Positions 46,093 to 55,708 of a stretch of DNA of 64,000 nucleotides are shown one piece after another. The translations under genes and the position numbers were made by a program. The DNA comes from an uncultured delta proteobacterium (GTDB taxonomy: Bacteria; Desulfobacterota; Binatia; Binatales; Binataceae), in assembly GCA_963699705.1 (NCBI GenBank), contig CAVOUW010000001.1, forward strand, positions 141,572 through 205,571, given 5' to 3'. Under the pieces are notes generated by a model. It was not told the DNA's origin. It did not search any database and saw only the letters and a program-made list of their open reading frames with translations. Position 1 is the stretch's first letter. Each line of letters starts with the position of its first letter.

Positions 46093-47748
46093 TTAACGTT
46101 TGCGTATCAGGTCGAAGAAAACGTCTCCGCGGACGATTTCGAACTGAGCTCCGAGCGACGCCGCGAGCGTGTTGACGTCGGTCGGTGTCATGTTCCATGC
46201 GTCCACCAGAATCGCCGCGAAGAGGGCGTGATCGCCGTTCCAGGACTCGCGGATCAGCGCAGCAGCATTCTGTCCCTGCATGACTGAGCTGATGATGGCC
46301 TGACTCATCACGGGAAGGCCCGCCAGTCTTTGCAAAGAAGTGGAATTGAACCGCCAGTTACACAGCACGCCAAGCGGGTGCGCGTAACGTGAATAGTCTC
46401 GCGCAACCTTAGTCGTCAAATCGGCGTTCGATCCCCTGGAAGTGAGATTCAGAACATCGATCAGCTTCAATCCGGCGCGCGCCATGTACTGGCCGGTCCG
46501 CCTGGTGAAGGTCGGGAGAGCGGCCGAATGCCAGTCGCCGGGATAGGTGTACCCCGCTCCGGACGGGCCGGCCACAAGAAGGTCGTTCGGGGTCTGCGTA
46601 CTCTGGTAGTAGTGGAGCATGATTGGCGCGGCGTCGAGAAGGAGTGGGCTGATACTCCAATTGAGGGGCACCGTGCCGCGATTCGGATCGTCCCAGATGC
46701 TCCGGAGGCGATGCTGGTCGTACTGCAGATTGTCGCCGTCGCTGAAAGTGAAGGTCAGGTAGATTTTCTTCTCGAGCCTGGGCGTCGTAACGTGCGGCTG
46801 CGATTGACTGATGGATGCGGGCACGCCGCCGAGCACGGTAGCATTGTCGAGGAAGTCGGCAGCGCCTACTACGACGCCGTTTTGCGAGCATAGCGTTACA
46901 CCGGAGGACTCGTGTCCTCCCACGAACCATCCGATGTAAGGGGTATCGGGCGCGACCTTTTGCAGAATCTGAGCGAACAGCGCAGCTTCCTCGGGAACCT
47001 CCGGGTCAAGCCAGAACACCAGCGATTTCGTGGCGACGATGTAATCTCGCAGGTTGGGAGTTGTGGGACTAATCGCTGTCAGCAGGCGCGGCGTTAGCTG
47101 GGTCCAATAATTGTCGATAAGCCAGTTGTAGGCGTCCAGCTTGGTCGTGAATTTACCGCGCAAATCGGCAAGGATTGGCAGCTCGTACTGGCTCGCCAGA
47201 TCGGCAGTCGCAATCACGCCGCCCATCACACCGGCCAGGCTGGTGGCAACGTTGGCGGCATCGGGAAGGATGGGATCGTAGATGACGGCGCCGGCCGCCT
47301 CACCACCGTATTTGCTGATGAGGCTGAGCGGATCGGTAGTTACGCTGTTGGAGATACCTGTGGTCTGCAGCCAGGTGTGGTCGGTGTCGTCGCCGCTCAG
47401 AAACAGGTAAATCCGGGGCTCGGTGCGATTGACGATTCCCTGCAGACTCGTCAGCAGCAGTTGTTGGTCGCTGGTGAGGGACGTGATGTCGGCTGCGTCA
47501 AGTGAAACGGGCGCGGCAAACGATGGCAGTGCTTGATTCGGCGGCCAGCTAATTCCGGAAGCATCGGCGGCCGAACGATGAGCGACGAAGGAGAGCCTCT
47601 TCGCCGTCGCCATCAGCGGCGATAGTACCGCGTACGCACACACTGCCGCCGCTGCCCCGATGAGCGTGCGGCGAGAGATCTTCCTCGAAGCGGAGCGGCT
47701 TGCGCCTTCAGTCTGCACAGGGATCTGGACGGAGCGTAGCGGAGGCAA
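46093..47748 (-). CDS. Tat-exported GxGYxYP-family protein (putative glycoside hydrolase)
   Basis: 551 aa. It has the twin-arginine motif SRRTLIGAAAAVCAYA and the family-defining GPSGAGYTYP motif. Confidence 0.75.
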   Translation of the reverse strand: MPPLRSVQIPVQTEGASRSASRKISRRTLIGAAAAVCAYAVLSPLMATAKRLSFVAHRSAADASGISWPPNQALPSFAAPVSLDAADITSLTSDQQLLLTSLQGIVNRTEPRIYLFLSGDDTDHTWLQTTGISNSVTTDPLSLISKYGGEAAGAVIYDPILPDAANVATSLAGVMGGVIATADLASQYELPILADLRGKFTTKLDAYNWLIDNYWTQLTPRLLTAISPTTPNLRDYIVATKSLVFWLDPEVPEEAALFAQILQKVAPDTPYIGWFVGGHESSGVTLCSQNGVVVGAADFLDNATVLGGVPASISQSQPHVTTPRLEKKIYLTFTFSDGDNLQYDQHRLRSIWDDPNRGTVPLNWSISPLLLDAAPIMLHYYQSTQTPNDLLVAGPSGAGYTYPGDWHSAALPTFTRRTGQYMARAGLKLIDVLNLTSRGSNADLTTKVARDYSRYAHPLGVLCNWRFNSTSLQRLAGLPVMSQAIISSVMQGQNAAALIRESWNGDHALFAAILVDAWNMTPTDVNTLAASLGAQFEIVRGDVFFDLIRKR

Positions 47749-47850
47749 GTCGATGTGGTCAAACTTCCTCGCATAGAGGTTGCGTCGGGGGACATGGTGG
47801 AGTAAGTGTCAGATTGACGCAAAGTATTTGGCTGTTAGAGGATTGAGGTC

Positions 47851-48861
47851 ATGGAAGCTGGAAATATCGCGATTGATAGTACCGCGCTGCGGGAGAAGTT
47901 GGCGGTGCTGGGGAATGAGAGTTATTCGGCGGAGATTTGCGAGCGTTATGCTCGGATGATTGGGGAGATTCGTGAGCTGAAGAAAGAGCGGCGGGCGGTG
48001 ATTCTGGCGCATAACTATCAGCGGCCGGAGATTTTCGAGGTCGCGGATTTTATCGGCGACTCGCTGGAGCTGGCGCGTAATGCTCGCGACGTGCGCGACG
48101 CGGACGTGATCGTGTTTTGCGGCGTGCATTTTATGGCCGAGACGGCGAAGGTGTTCAATCCCGACCGCAAGGTGCTGCTGCCCGATCTGAAGGCCGGGTG
48201 TTCGCTGGCCGATAGCGTTACGGCTGAGGCGTTGGCTGAGCGCAAGGAAGAGTTGCTCAAGATTTATCCGGATTTGAAAGTTGTGTCGTATGTCAATTGC
48301 ACGGCGGATGTGAAGGCGCTGTCGGATGCGTGCTGCACCTCGGCGAATGCCGCCAAGATCGTCGAGAGGATCGATTCGCAGAATGTCTTGTTCGTGCCGG
48401 ATCAGAATCTTGCGAATTACGTGCAGTCGCAGACGAAGAAGCGGGTGATTTCGTGGGACGGCAACTGCTACGTGCATCATCAGATAACTCCTGACGAGGT
48501 GAACAAGGTCAAGCGCGCGATTCCCGGAATCAAGGTGATTGCGCATCCGGAATGCCGGCGCGACGTGCTCGCGCTGGCGGATGCGGTGTTGTCGACCAGC
48601 GCGATGGTCGCATACGCGAAGAGCAGCGACGCGGATAAATTCCTGGTGGTGACGGAGTGCGGGCTGTCGGATCGGTTGCTGATGGAGATTCCTGACAAGC
48701 ATTTTTACAAGGCGTGCAAGCTATGCCGGTTCATGAAGATGATCACGCTCGAGGGGACGCTCGATTCGCTGCGCCATCTGCGGTACGAAATCGAGCTGAC
48801 CGAGGAAGTGCGCGAGGGCGCGAAGCGGGCGCTGGAGCGCATGCTCGAGTTGAGCGTGTGA
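47851..48861 (+). CDS. nadA: quinolinate synthase NadA
   Basis: 336 aa. ...VILAHNYQRPEI...HFMAETAK...NCYVHH... shows the three-repeat NadA fold with cluster cysteines. Confidence 0.9.
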   Translation: MEAGNIAIDSTALREKLAVLGNESYSAEICERYARMIGEIRELKKERRAVILAHNYQRPEIFEVADFIGDSLELARNARDVRDADVIVFCGVHFMAETAKVFNPDRKVLLPDLKAGCSLADSVTAEALAERKEELLKIYPDLKVVSYVNCTADVKALSDACCTSANAAKIVERIDSQNVLFVPDQNLANYVQSQTKKRVISWDGNCYVHHQITPDEVNKVKRAIPGIKVIAHPECRRDVLALADAVLSTSAMVAYAKSSDADKFLVVTECGLSDRLLMEIPDKHFYKACKLCRFMKMITLEGTLDSLRHLRYEIELTEEVREGAKRALERMLELSV

Positions 48862-48965
48862 GCGGGAGAGCGCAGATCGGTGAGTCCAGGGCGGGCACGG
48901 CGGCCCGCCCCACTGCGGAGTCGGGCACACTGGCCCGCCCCACTGGCGAAAAGCTCGCGCGGCCG

Positions 48966-49604
48966 ATGGTCGCGGTCGATACGGTGCTATTCGCGATCAA
49001 TGACGGACGCTTGCAGACCTACCTGGTCGAGTTGGCGCACGGGCCGGGTCGCGGGCGCTGGGCGTTTCCGGGCGGGCTGGTGCGCGTGGGCGAGTTGCTC
49101 GACGACGCGGCGCGGCGCGAGCTTCATGCTTCGACGGGACTGCGCGGGGCGTACCTCGAGCAGTTGTTCACGTTCGGAGATCCGTCGCGCGATCCTCGCG
49201 CGCACGTGGTGTCGGTCGCATACATGGCGCTGATCCCCGACGTGAAGGCGGTCGGTTCGTCGTGCGACAAGTACGCGAACGGCCGGTGGTACGAAGTCAC
49301 GCGCCTGCCCGAGCTGGCGTACGATCATTCGCTGATGGCGGGCTATGCGGTGAAGCGGCTGAAGTCGAAGCTCGAGTACACCAACATCGCGTATGCGTTG
49401 TTGCCGCGCGAGTTCACGTTTGCCGAGTTCGAGGAGCTGTACTCGCTAATTTTGGGGCGTCCGCTCGATCGGCGGAATTTTCGCCGCAGCATTCTCGCGA
49501 TGGGGATGTTGAAACGGCTGCCGCATACGCGCCGCGGACCGCATCGGCCGGCCGCACTGTACAGTTTCGCGAATCAAAGCCTAAGGTTCATCGAGATGCT
49601 ATAA
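48966..49604 (+). CDS. nrtR: Nudix-related transcriptional regulator NrtR (Nudix domain plus C-terminal winged helix)
   Basis: The start is proposed at MVAVDTVLFAI. It has a Nudix fold with a degenerate box (GRWAFPGGLVRVGELLDDAARRELHASTG) and a ~90-aa C-terminal wHTH-like domain. The track ORF extends 84 codons upstream through a repeat-rich leader. Confidence 0.7.
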   Translation: MVAVDTVLFAINDGRLQTYLVELAHGPGRGRWAFPGGLVRVGELLDDAARRELHASTGLRGAYLEQLFTFGDPSRDPRAHVVSVAYMALIPDVKAVGSSCDKYANGRWYEVTRLPELAYDHSLMAGYAVKRLKSKLEYTNIAYALLPREFTFAEFEELYSLILGRPLDRRNFRRSILAMGMLKRLPHTRRGPHRPAALYSFANQSLRFIEML

Positions 49605-49626
49605 TTTCGGGTCTCAGGGGAGAGTC

Positions 49627-50049
49627 ATGTTCAAGGGCATCAACAGAATTGTCGCATTTAGTGTCGCCGCTATTTTGGTGGTGGCGATCGGCGCTGCTGC
49701 TTACATTTCGAACAATTCGCAAACCTCCGACGCGCGGCTGGCCGCATCGGGCGATCCGGCGGCGAAATTGCGCATCACGCTCGACCCGGCGAATTTCCAG
49801 GGCACGGTGCGCGAGGCCTACGAAGTAGCGGAGAAGGATCCCGCGCTGCTGGCGCAACTGCACTGCTACTGCGGATGCGACGTTACTGACGGGCACAAGA
49901 ATCTGCTCGACTGTTTTCGCGACACTCACGGCAGCACGTGCGCGATTTGCTGCGGTGAGGCGCGCGATGCCGAGAAGATGGCGACGGCTGGCATGCCGGT
50001 CGAGCAAATTCGCGACGCACTGCGGGCGCGCTACGCGCACGGGAGCTGA
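49627..50049 (+). CDS. membrane-anchored cysteine-rich protein (putative metal-binding), hypothetical
   Basis: 140 aa. It has an N-terminal TM (IVAFSVAAILVVAIGAAAYI) and the cluster HCYCGCD...C...CAICCGE. Confidence 0.5.
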   Translation: MFKGINRIVAFSVAAILVVAIGAAAYISNNSQTSDARLAASGDPAAKLRITLDPANFQGTVREAYEVAEKDPALLAQLHCYCGCDVTDGHKNLLDCFRDTHGSTCAICCGEARDAEKMATAGMPVEQIRDALRARYAHGS

Positions 50050-50051
50050 GC

Positions 50052-50708
50052 TTGGTTGGACTGATCTCCGCGTACATCGAACATTTCACCTACCTTGGGT
50101 TGTTCGTAGTTCTGATGCTGTGCGGACTTGGATTGCCAATACCTGAGGACGTGGCGCTGCTCGCGGGCGGCTACCTGGTGCATCGCGGGATCACGCGCTA
50201 TCCGATCACGCTGGCGGTGTCGTTGCTGGGGGTGGTCGCGGGCGACAACTCGCTATTTTTCATGGGACGGCGCTTCGGATCGGGACTGGTGCGCTATTTC
50301 TCGATTGGACGACCGGGGCGAAAGCATCAGATAGAGCGGATCGAGGCCTTCATGCAGCGCCACGGGCATCGCGCGATTTTTTACGCGCGCTTCCTGGCCG
50401 GTCTGCGCGCGCTGGTTTATCTGTCGGCGGGATCTTTCGGCGTGCGGCCGAGCGTGTTCCTGTTCTACGATTTGCTGGGAGCGCTGATATCGGTGCCGAT
50501 CGTGGTGACGCTCGGCTATGTTTTCGGCCATCAGCTGGAATGGATCGTCAAATATATCGGCGGCTTCGAGCGGCTGATCGTGGTGGTCGCGGTGCTGAGC
50601 GTTGCGGTTTACGCGACGCGGATGTTTGTGCTGCGCAAGACTGTTGCGCCGGCCGCTACCGAGCCGGCCGCCAACGAGTCTGCAGCCAAGACTGAGTTGC
50701 CCGAATAA
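50052..50708 (+). CDS. DedA/SNARE-associated (VTT domain) membrane protein
   Basis: 218 aa. LGLPIPEDVALLAGGYL... is the DedA signature. Confidence 0.85.
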   Translation: MVGLISAYIEHFTYLGLFVVLMLCGLGLPIPEDVALLAGGYLVHRGITRYPITLAVSLLGVVAGDNSLFFMGRRFGSGLVRYFSIGRPGRKHQIERIEAFMQRHGHRAIFYARFLAGLRALVYLSAGSFGVRPSVFLFYDLLGALISVPIVVTLGYVFGHQLEWIVKYIGGFERLIVVVAVLSVAVYATRMFVLRKTVAPAATEPAANESAAKTELPE

Positions 50709-50739
50709 TTTGGCGCGCCGACACGCGCGCCTGACGAAA

Positions 50740-52245
50740 ATGGAATCGTACTTTCCCGCGCTGAACCTCAAGGCGAAGCTGATCGTGCTGGTGGTCGGAC
50801 TGCTCGCGCTGACGCTTGGCGCGGAGGTGTGGGTCAGCCTTGGGACGCAGGCGGAAATTGTCTCGACGACGCAGGAGCGGGTCAAAGACCTCGCGCGCGT
50901 GATCCAGATCGGCGTGCAGGAATTGACTGCGGTGCGCGACACCGATCGCGATCAGCTCCATCATTATGTGGACAATCTGCACACACAGGGGCTCGAAGTA
51001 TCGATCGCGTCGAGCGAAAATCTGATCCTCAACAGCTCTAATCCACAATTGATCGGTGCGGCGCTGCGGCCCAAGCAGGCCGAGTGGCTGACGCCCGAGC
51101 AACTGAAGCATCCGGATGCGCTGGTGACGGTTCCGGCCAGCAAGCTGGGGCTCGCGCCGGAGACCACAGTCTACCTGATCCCGGTCGAGGTCGAGGACCA
51201 TCTGCTGGGGTATGTGCAGGTGGTGGCGAATTTTGGCGATTTCGCGCAGCCGCTGGCGCAGAGCCGCACGCGTGAGTTGTTGTTTGCGTTTGCGATCTTC
51301 GCAATCGGACTCGTCTTCGCGTATATCCTGGCCGATCGGTACGTGAAGCCGATTCACGCGGTCGCGAATGCGGCGCAGAATTTCGCGGCGCGCGGGTTGG
51401 AGCCGGTGCCGGAGGCGCATCGACGCGACGAGATCGGCTTGTTGACGCGCAGCTTCAACGAAATGGTCGGGCAGTTGAGGCGTGCACGCGAGCGCGAGCA
51501 GGAACTGAACCGGCTCGAGCGATTCACGGCGCTGGGTCAGCTGGCCGGCGGCCTGGCGCATGAAATCAAGAATCCGCTGAATTTTATCAGCCTCGCGCTC
51601 GATCAGTTGCGCGCGCGTTACGCGCCGCAGCAGCCGAACGATCGCGAAGCGTTTCTGCGTCAGCTGGTCATCATGAAGAACGAGATGCGGCGTCTGGCCG
51701 ACCTGGTGCAAAGCTTTCTGCATTACGGGAAGCCGATTGAAATTTTCCCGGCGCCGACCGACGTGCGTCAGCTGGTGGATGAAGTCGTGGCGCTGTCGGA
51801 ATCCAAAATGAAGAGCCAGGGAATCGAGCTGGTCGAGGAATGCAACGAAGCGTCGCCGATTCTCAAGGTGGACGCGGAGAAGCTGCGCGCGTGCTTTATC
51901 AACGTCGTCGCCAACGCGATACAGGCGATGCCCGATGGCGGCACGATGCGAATCACGTTTCGGCGGATTGCCGACGGCTCGATGGTGATTAGCTTTTCGG
52001 ACACTGGCGCGGGGATTGAAGCGGGAGTCGCAGGCCATGTGTTCGAGCCGTTCTTCACCACTAAGCGCGACGGAATCGGACTTGGGCTGTTTCTGTCGAA
52101 AGCGATTGTCGAGACCCATGGCGGTACAATAGATCTCGGGCCGAATCCGGACGGACACGGAACCACTTTGACTTTCACCTTTCCGCCGAGCGCGGTAGTA
52201 AACGGAAAAATCCATCATGACGCAGGCCTCAGTACTGGTCGTTGA
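50740..52245 (+). CDS. sensor histidine kinase (two TM segments, HAMP, HisKA, HATPase)
   Basis: The start is proposed at MESYFPALNLKAKLIVLVVGLLALTL. It has the H-box LAHEIKNPLN, the G1 box DTGAGI and the G2 box GLGLGL. The track ORF starts 46 codons earlier, inside dedA. Confidence 0.85.
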   Translation: MESYFPALNLKAKLIVLVVGLLALTLGAEVWVSLGTQAEIVSTTQERVKDLARVIQIGVQELTAVRDTDRDQLHHYVDNLHTQGLEVSIASSENLILNSSNPQLIGAALRPKQAEWLTPEQLKHPDALVTVPASKLGLAPETTVYLIPVEVEDHLLGYVQVVANFGDFAQPLAQSRTRELLFAFAIFAIGLVFAYILADRYVKPIHAVANAAQNFAARGLEPVPEAHRRDEIGLLTRSFNEMVGQLRRAREREQELNRLERFTALGQLAGGLAHEIKNPLNFISLALDQLRARYAPQQPNDREAFLRQLVIMKNEMRRLADLVQSFLHYGKPIEIFPAPTDVRQLVDEVVALSESKMKSQGIELVEECNEASPILKVDAEKLRACFINVVANAIQAMPDGGTMRITFRRIADGSMVISFSDTGAGIEAGVAGHVFEPFFTTKRDGIGLGLFLSKAIVETHGGTIDLGPNPDGHGTTLTFTFPPSAVVNGKIHHDAGLSTGR

Positions 52246-53638
52246 AGATAACGACCTCGAACGGCAGATAACCGCCGACACGTTGCGCGAAGAAGGATTC
52301 GCGGTCGAAGAGGCGGCGGTCGGCAAGCGCGCGATCGAGTTGCTCGCGCTGTCGCGCTTCGACGTCGTGCTGACGGACCTGATGATGCCGGGGATGTCGG
52401 GCGAAGAGCTGCTCGCGAAAGTGCGCGGCGCGTATCCCGGCAGCCAGGTGGTGGTGCTGACGGCGCATGGATCGACCGATAGCGTCGTGCAAGCGATGAA
52501 GGCGGGCGCGTTCGACTACCTCGAGAAGCCGACGGACCGCGAGAAGCTGGTGACTCGCGTCGCCAAGGCGGCGGAGTTCGCGAACCTGCAGCAGGAAAAT
52601 CAGCTGCTGAAGCGGCGGCTCGAAGGCACATTCGAAATCGAGGGCATCATCGGGCAGGATCCTGCGATCCAGGAAGTGATTCGGCTGGTTCGCCGCGTCG
52701 CGCCGTCGAATTCGACAGTGCTGATCCAGGGTGAGAGCGGAACCGGGAAGGAGATCGTGGCCAAAGCGATCCATCGGCTGTCGCCGCGCGCGGCACGTCA
52801 GTTCGTCGCGATCAACTGCTCGGCGATTCCCGAGAACCTGATCGAAAATGAGCTGTTCGGGCATGAGCGCGGCGCATTTACCGGCGCCACCGAACGTAAA
52901 ATCGGGCTGTTCGAGAGCGCGGACAAATCGACGCTGTTTCTCGACGAGATTGCGGACCTGCCGCAGGGGATGCAGGCGAAGATTCTGCGGGTGCTGCAGG
53001 AGAAGGAGTTGCGGCGGGTCGGCGGCAACGATTCGTTTCGGATCGACGTGCGGCTGGTGGCGGCGAGCAATCGCAATATTGTGGAAGAAGTCGGCGAGGG
53101 CCGCTTCCGTGAAGATTTGTATTATCGAATCAACGTCGTCACGGTGACGCTGCCGCCGCTGCGTGACCGGCGCGGCGACATCCCGCTGCTGGCGAATCAC
53201 GCGCTTGCAAAATTCGGGCATCTGGCGGAAGGACGCGTGAAAGAGATCGGACGCGAGGCGATGGAAGTGCTGCTCGACTACTCGTGGCCGGGCAACGTGC
53301 GTCAGCTGGAGTCGGCGATCGAGCGCGCGATCCTGCTGTGCGAAGGCGACAAGGTGATGCCGCGCGATCTGCCGGAGGAAGTTCTGTCGCGCAAGACGCC
53401 GGGACGCAGCGGCGATCGTCAACGCGGCGACAAATACGAGATTCCGAGCGAGGGCTTCAATTTCGAGACCTTCGAGCGCGACGCGATCCTGCAGGCGCTC
53501 GAGCGCAACGATTGGGTAATCGCGAAGGCAGCGAAGATGCTCGCGATGAGTTATCGGACATTGCAATACAGGATCGACAAGTTCGGATTGAAGCGCGGAG
53601 AACAACCGAAGCCGCCACCACCGGCGGAGATCAAGTAG
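52217..53638 (+). CDS. sigma-54-dependent response regulator (NtrC family)
   Basis: 473 aa. It has a REC domain (DLMMPGMSG), a sigma-54 AAA+ domain (GESGTGKE, GAFTGA, ESADKSTLFLDEI) and a C-terminal Fis-type HTH. Confidence 0.92.
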   Translation: MTQASVLVVEDNDLERQITADTLREEGFAVEEAAVGKRAIELLALSRFDVVLTDLMMPGMSGEELLAKVRGAYPGSQVVVLTAHGSTDSVVQAMKAGAFDYLEKPTDREKLVTRVAKAAEFANLQQENQLLKRRLEGTFEIEGIIGQDPAIQEVIRLVRRVAPSNSTVLIQGESGTGKEIVAKAIHRLSPRAARQFVAINCSAIPENLIENELFGHERGAFTGATERKIGLFESADKSTLFLDEIADLPQGMQAKILRVLQEKELRRVGGNDSFRIDVRLVAASNRNIVEEVGEGRFREDLYYRINVVTVTLPPLRDRRGDIPLLANHALAKFGHLAEGRVKEIGREAMEVLLDYSWPGNVRQLESAIERAILLCEGDKVMPRDLPEEVLSRKTPGRSGDRQRGDKYEIPSEGFNFETFERDAILQALERNDWVIAKAAKMLAMSYRTLQYRIDKFGLKRGEQPKPPPPAEIK

Positions 53639-53649
53639 AAAGGGAAGAA

Positions 53650-53940
53650 GCCACTTTATTTAATTTGAAACCCACGGTGGGTTTCAAACTTCCTTCGGCA
53701 GGGGTGACCCCTGCACCCAGTGAAAAGAAATCGCAAAATGGCGAAGACGCCCTTTTGCTCTGAGGTTCTTCTCCTGTGTCATTCTTTTCTGTTCCCCCTT
53801 TCCTGCTGGAAAGGGGGTGAGGGGATAGGACGGGGGGAATAGTTGTCTCAAATCCGGTTCCCCTTCCCGCTCGGGAAGGGGTTAGGGGTTAGGTTCTTTC
53901 GCGCGCGCCGGAGGCGCGTCCTCTCCCGAAGGGAGAGGTG
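53650..53940. repeat. composite mosaic repeat (modules C-B-A plus D, forward)
   Basis: C is TGAAACCCACGGTGGGTTTCA-aa-CTTCCTTCGGCAGGGGTGACCCCTGCACC. B is GTTCCCCCTTTCC-tgct-GGAAAGGGGGTGAGGGGATAGGAC. A is CCGGTTCCCCTTCCC-gctc-GGGAAGGGGTTAGGGGTTAGGTTC. D is CCTCTCCCGAAGGGAGAGG. Confidence 0.88.
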
Positions 53941-53945
53941 TCGGC

Positions 53946-54320
53946 TCAGTCTGCCGCCCAACCAGTCGGTAGATAAATCCAGCATTCGATTTTACGACCG
54001 TCGGCGGCGACTACCGCTATTCGCTCGCGGGTGTACAGTGTCGGGACTTCTTCGTATCGGTCGAGGATCGCAAGGTCGCGCGCGCTGAGACCTTCGAGAA
54101 TTGCGCCGTCGGTGACGGCCTCCGCTTGCTTTGCGATAAAATAGTAGCGGCGGTGGCCACGCACATAACCAGGAAGGCGCGCGGGGCTCGCTTCGATCGT
54201 GCGCCCTAGCAGGCGTTGGCGTTCGGCGGGATCCATCAGGGAGCCGTACACGAATAGCAGTTGGTCGTCGTTTTCCACCGTCGTCAATTCCGGTTTTTCC
54301 TTGAGTTCAGAATGACACAA
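53946..54320 (-). CDS. gamma-glutamylcyclotransferase-like (AIG2/GGCT) family protein
   Basis: 124 aa with the LLFVYGSLM motif. Confidence 0.75.
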   Translation of the reverse strand: MCHSELKEKPELTTVENDDQLLFVYGSLMDPAERQRLLGRTIEASPARLPGYVRGHRRYYFIAKQAEAVTDGAILEGLSARDLAILDRYEEVPTLYTRERIAVVAADGRKIECWIYLPTGWAAD

Positions 54321-54379
54321 CGCATAGTCGGTTGCCGCACCTGCGTTTGTTATGTTAGCTCCTATGCTGCCTGAGGTAT

Positions 54380-54859
54380 TTGATGATTATGTTGCGGATA
54401 TTTTCTACGCGGGCCGCGATTGGGCTGCTTGCCGTGTTTGTTATCGGATGCTCGACCGTCAAGAGCGGCTCGTTGACTCCCGGGATGACGCCGGATCAAA
54501 CCGTGCAGTCGATGGGTGAGCCCGACCTCAAAGACAGTATCGCGGATCCCAATCACAATGGGGCCAGCGTGTTGCGATATGTCTGGCTCGAACCGGGCAA
54601 GGCGGCAATCTTTGGATCCGACAATCACGTCGCCAGCGTGCAGGATGTCGAGACCAACACCAAGCAGAAGGTCGAGGAGCAGGCTCATGCTGAGGCAGTG
54701 GCGTCCGGCCCGCCGCAGCGGTTCGATCCGATCGAGACGCCGCTCGACTATATATTCTACCCGGTGAAAGCTGGCGCCGTTTATCTTGGCGCCGGTATGA
54801 ATTGCGTGGCAGGCGGAAGCTGTCAGAAGCCGCAGCTTCCCAACCCGTCCTCGGGCTAG
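54380..54859 (+). CDS. lipoprotein, BamE/SmpA_OmlA-like
   Basis: Lipobox VIGCST, then GMTPDQTVQSMGEPD.... Confidence 0.6.
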   Translation: MMIMLRIFSTRAAIGLLAVFVIGCSTVKSGSLTPGMTPDQTVQSMGEPDLKDSIADPNHNGASVLRYVWLEPGKAAIFGSDNHVASVQDVETNTKQKVEEQAHAEAVASGPPQRFDPIETPLDYIFYPVKAGAVYLGAGMNCVAGGSCQKPQLPNPSSG

Positions 54860-54899
54860 CCGGAATTCAGTCTTCAGCACCCACCGTGTAATATTTACC

Positions 54900-55236
54900 G
54901 GTCGGTCGGTAACATCTAGGACAGTTTACGGCGTCAGATTGTTATCGAACGTATAATTTTGCGTTTGTTTTTCTAACTCTAGCCGCCGAAGCAGTCGCCT
55001 CTGTGGACTTTATGTTCATATTTGTGCGACTGTTGGTCTTGGCGCCGAAACCTGAACGCTCGCTCAGACGTACAAATATTTTAATCAGGTTAGGTGATAT
55101 CGAAATTAACGCACGAAAGGAATCTGGAAAGGGGAAGCGCAAGTTGTGAGGAATTGGTTTTTGGCGCGTCACTAATGATCGGACCAAGGTTTCAATACCT
55201 GGCCGGTAACATTTACTTACGCAACCCCCTATTGGC
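54900..55236. promoter_or_regulatory. AT-rich intergenic island upstream of an XRE-family regulator
   Basis: ~330 bp of markedly lower GC than the flanks. It contains a direct repeat of CGGTAACAT (GGTCGGTAACATCTAGG ... GGCCGGTAACATTTACTT) and several A/T tracts. Confidence 0.5.
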
Positions 55237-55257
55237 ATGAGTGGCGGAAGACGAACT

Positions 55258-55692
55258 ATGAAGAAAGAAACTCTCGGTCAGGTGCTCAAACAGCGACGCG
55301 GCGCGTATGCCTACACACAGCGTGAACTCGCCCGCAAACTCGGCGTCAAGGCGAGCCACGTCGCATACCTCGAAAATGGACGGCGGCGCCCTTCCCTTTC
55401 GCTGTTGTCACGGATTGCGGATACGCTCGAACTCGACAAGCGGCGGCTGTTCCTGCTCGCGCATCCGGAGGCGCATTGGATCGTCGGCGAGCGGCGCGAA
55501 GCCTCGCCTGCCAAGCGGCGTGAGGATGCGTGGCGGAAGTTTGCGGGGGATCGCGGAACGCTCGCGCGCCACAAAGTGACAGAACGGGAGCTCAAGGTCC
55601 TGAAGACTGTGAACATGCTCGGTCGCGTATCGTCGCCAGGCCAATTCCTGTTCATTCTCAATTCGATTCGGCAGGCGGTCGAAGAGGAATAG
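55258..55692 (+). CDS. XRE-family helix-turn-helix transcriptional regulator
   Basis: LGQVLKQRRGAYAYTQRELARKLGVKASHVAYLENGRRRPSLSLLSRIADTLELD is the XRE HTH. The start is MKKETLGQ, or 7 codons upstream. Confidence 0.85.
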   Translation: MKKETLGQVLKQRRGAYAYTQRELARKLGVKASHVAYLENGRRRPSLSLLSRIADTLELDKRRLFLLAHPEAHWIVGERREASPAKRREDAWRKFAGDRGTLARHKVTERELKVLKTVNMLGRVSSPGQFLFILNSIRQAVEEE

Positions 55693-55708
55693 TCCTCAGC
55701 GCCCGATT

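Noticed and set aside
50656-53605. 556-aa and 458-aa minus-strand ORFs
   Set aside because: They are antisense to the histidine kinase and NtrC-family regulator. Their Arg-rich composition has no domain signatures.
3255-53940. CRISPR array interpretation of the recurring repeats
   Set aside because: The repeats are dispersed across about 50 kb rather than forming a regularly spaced array. They are themselves palindromic multi-module units, and no cas genes are present.
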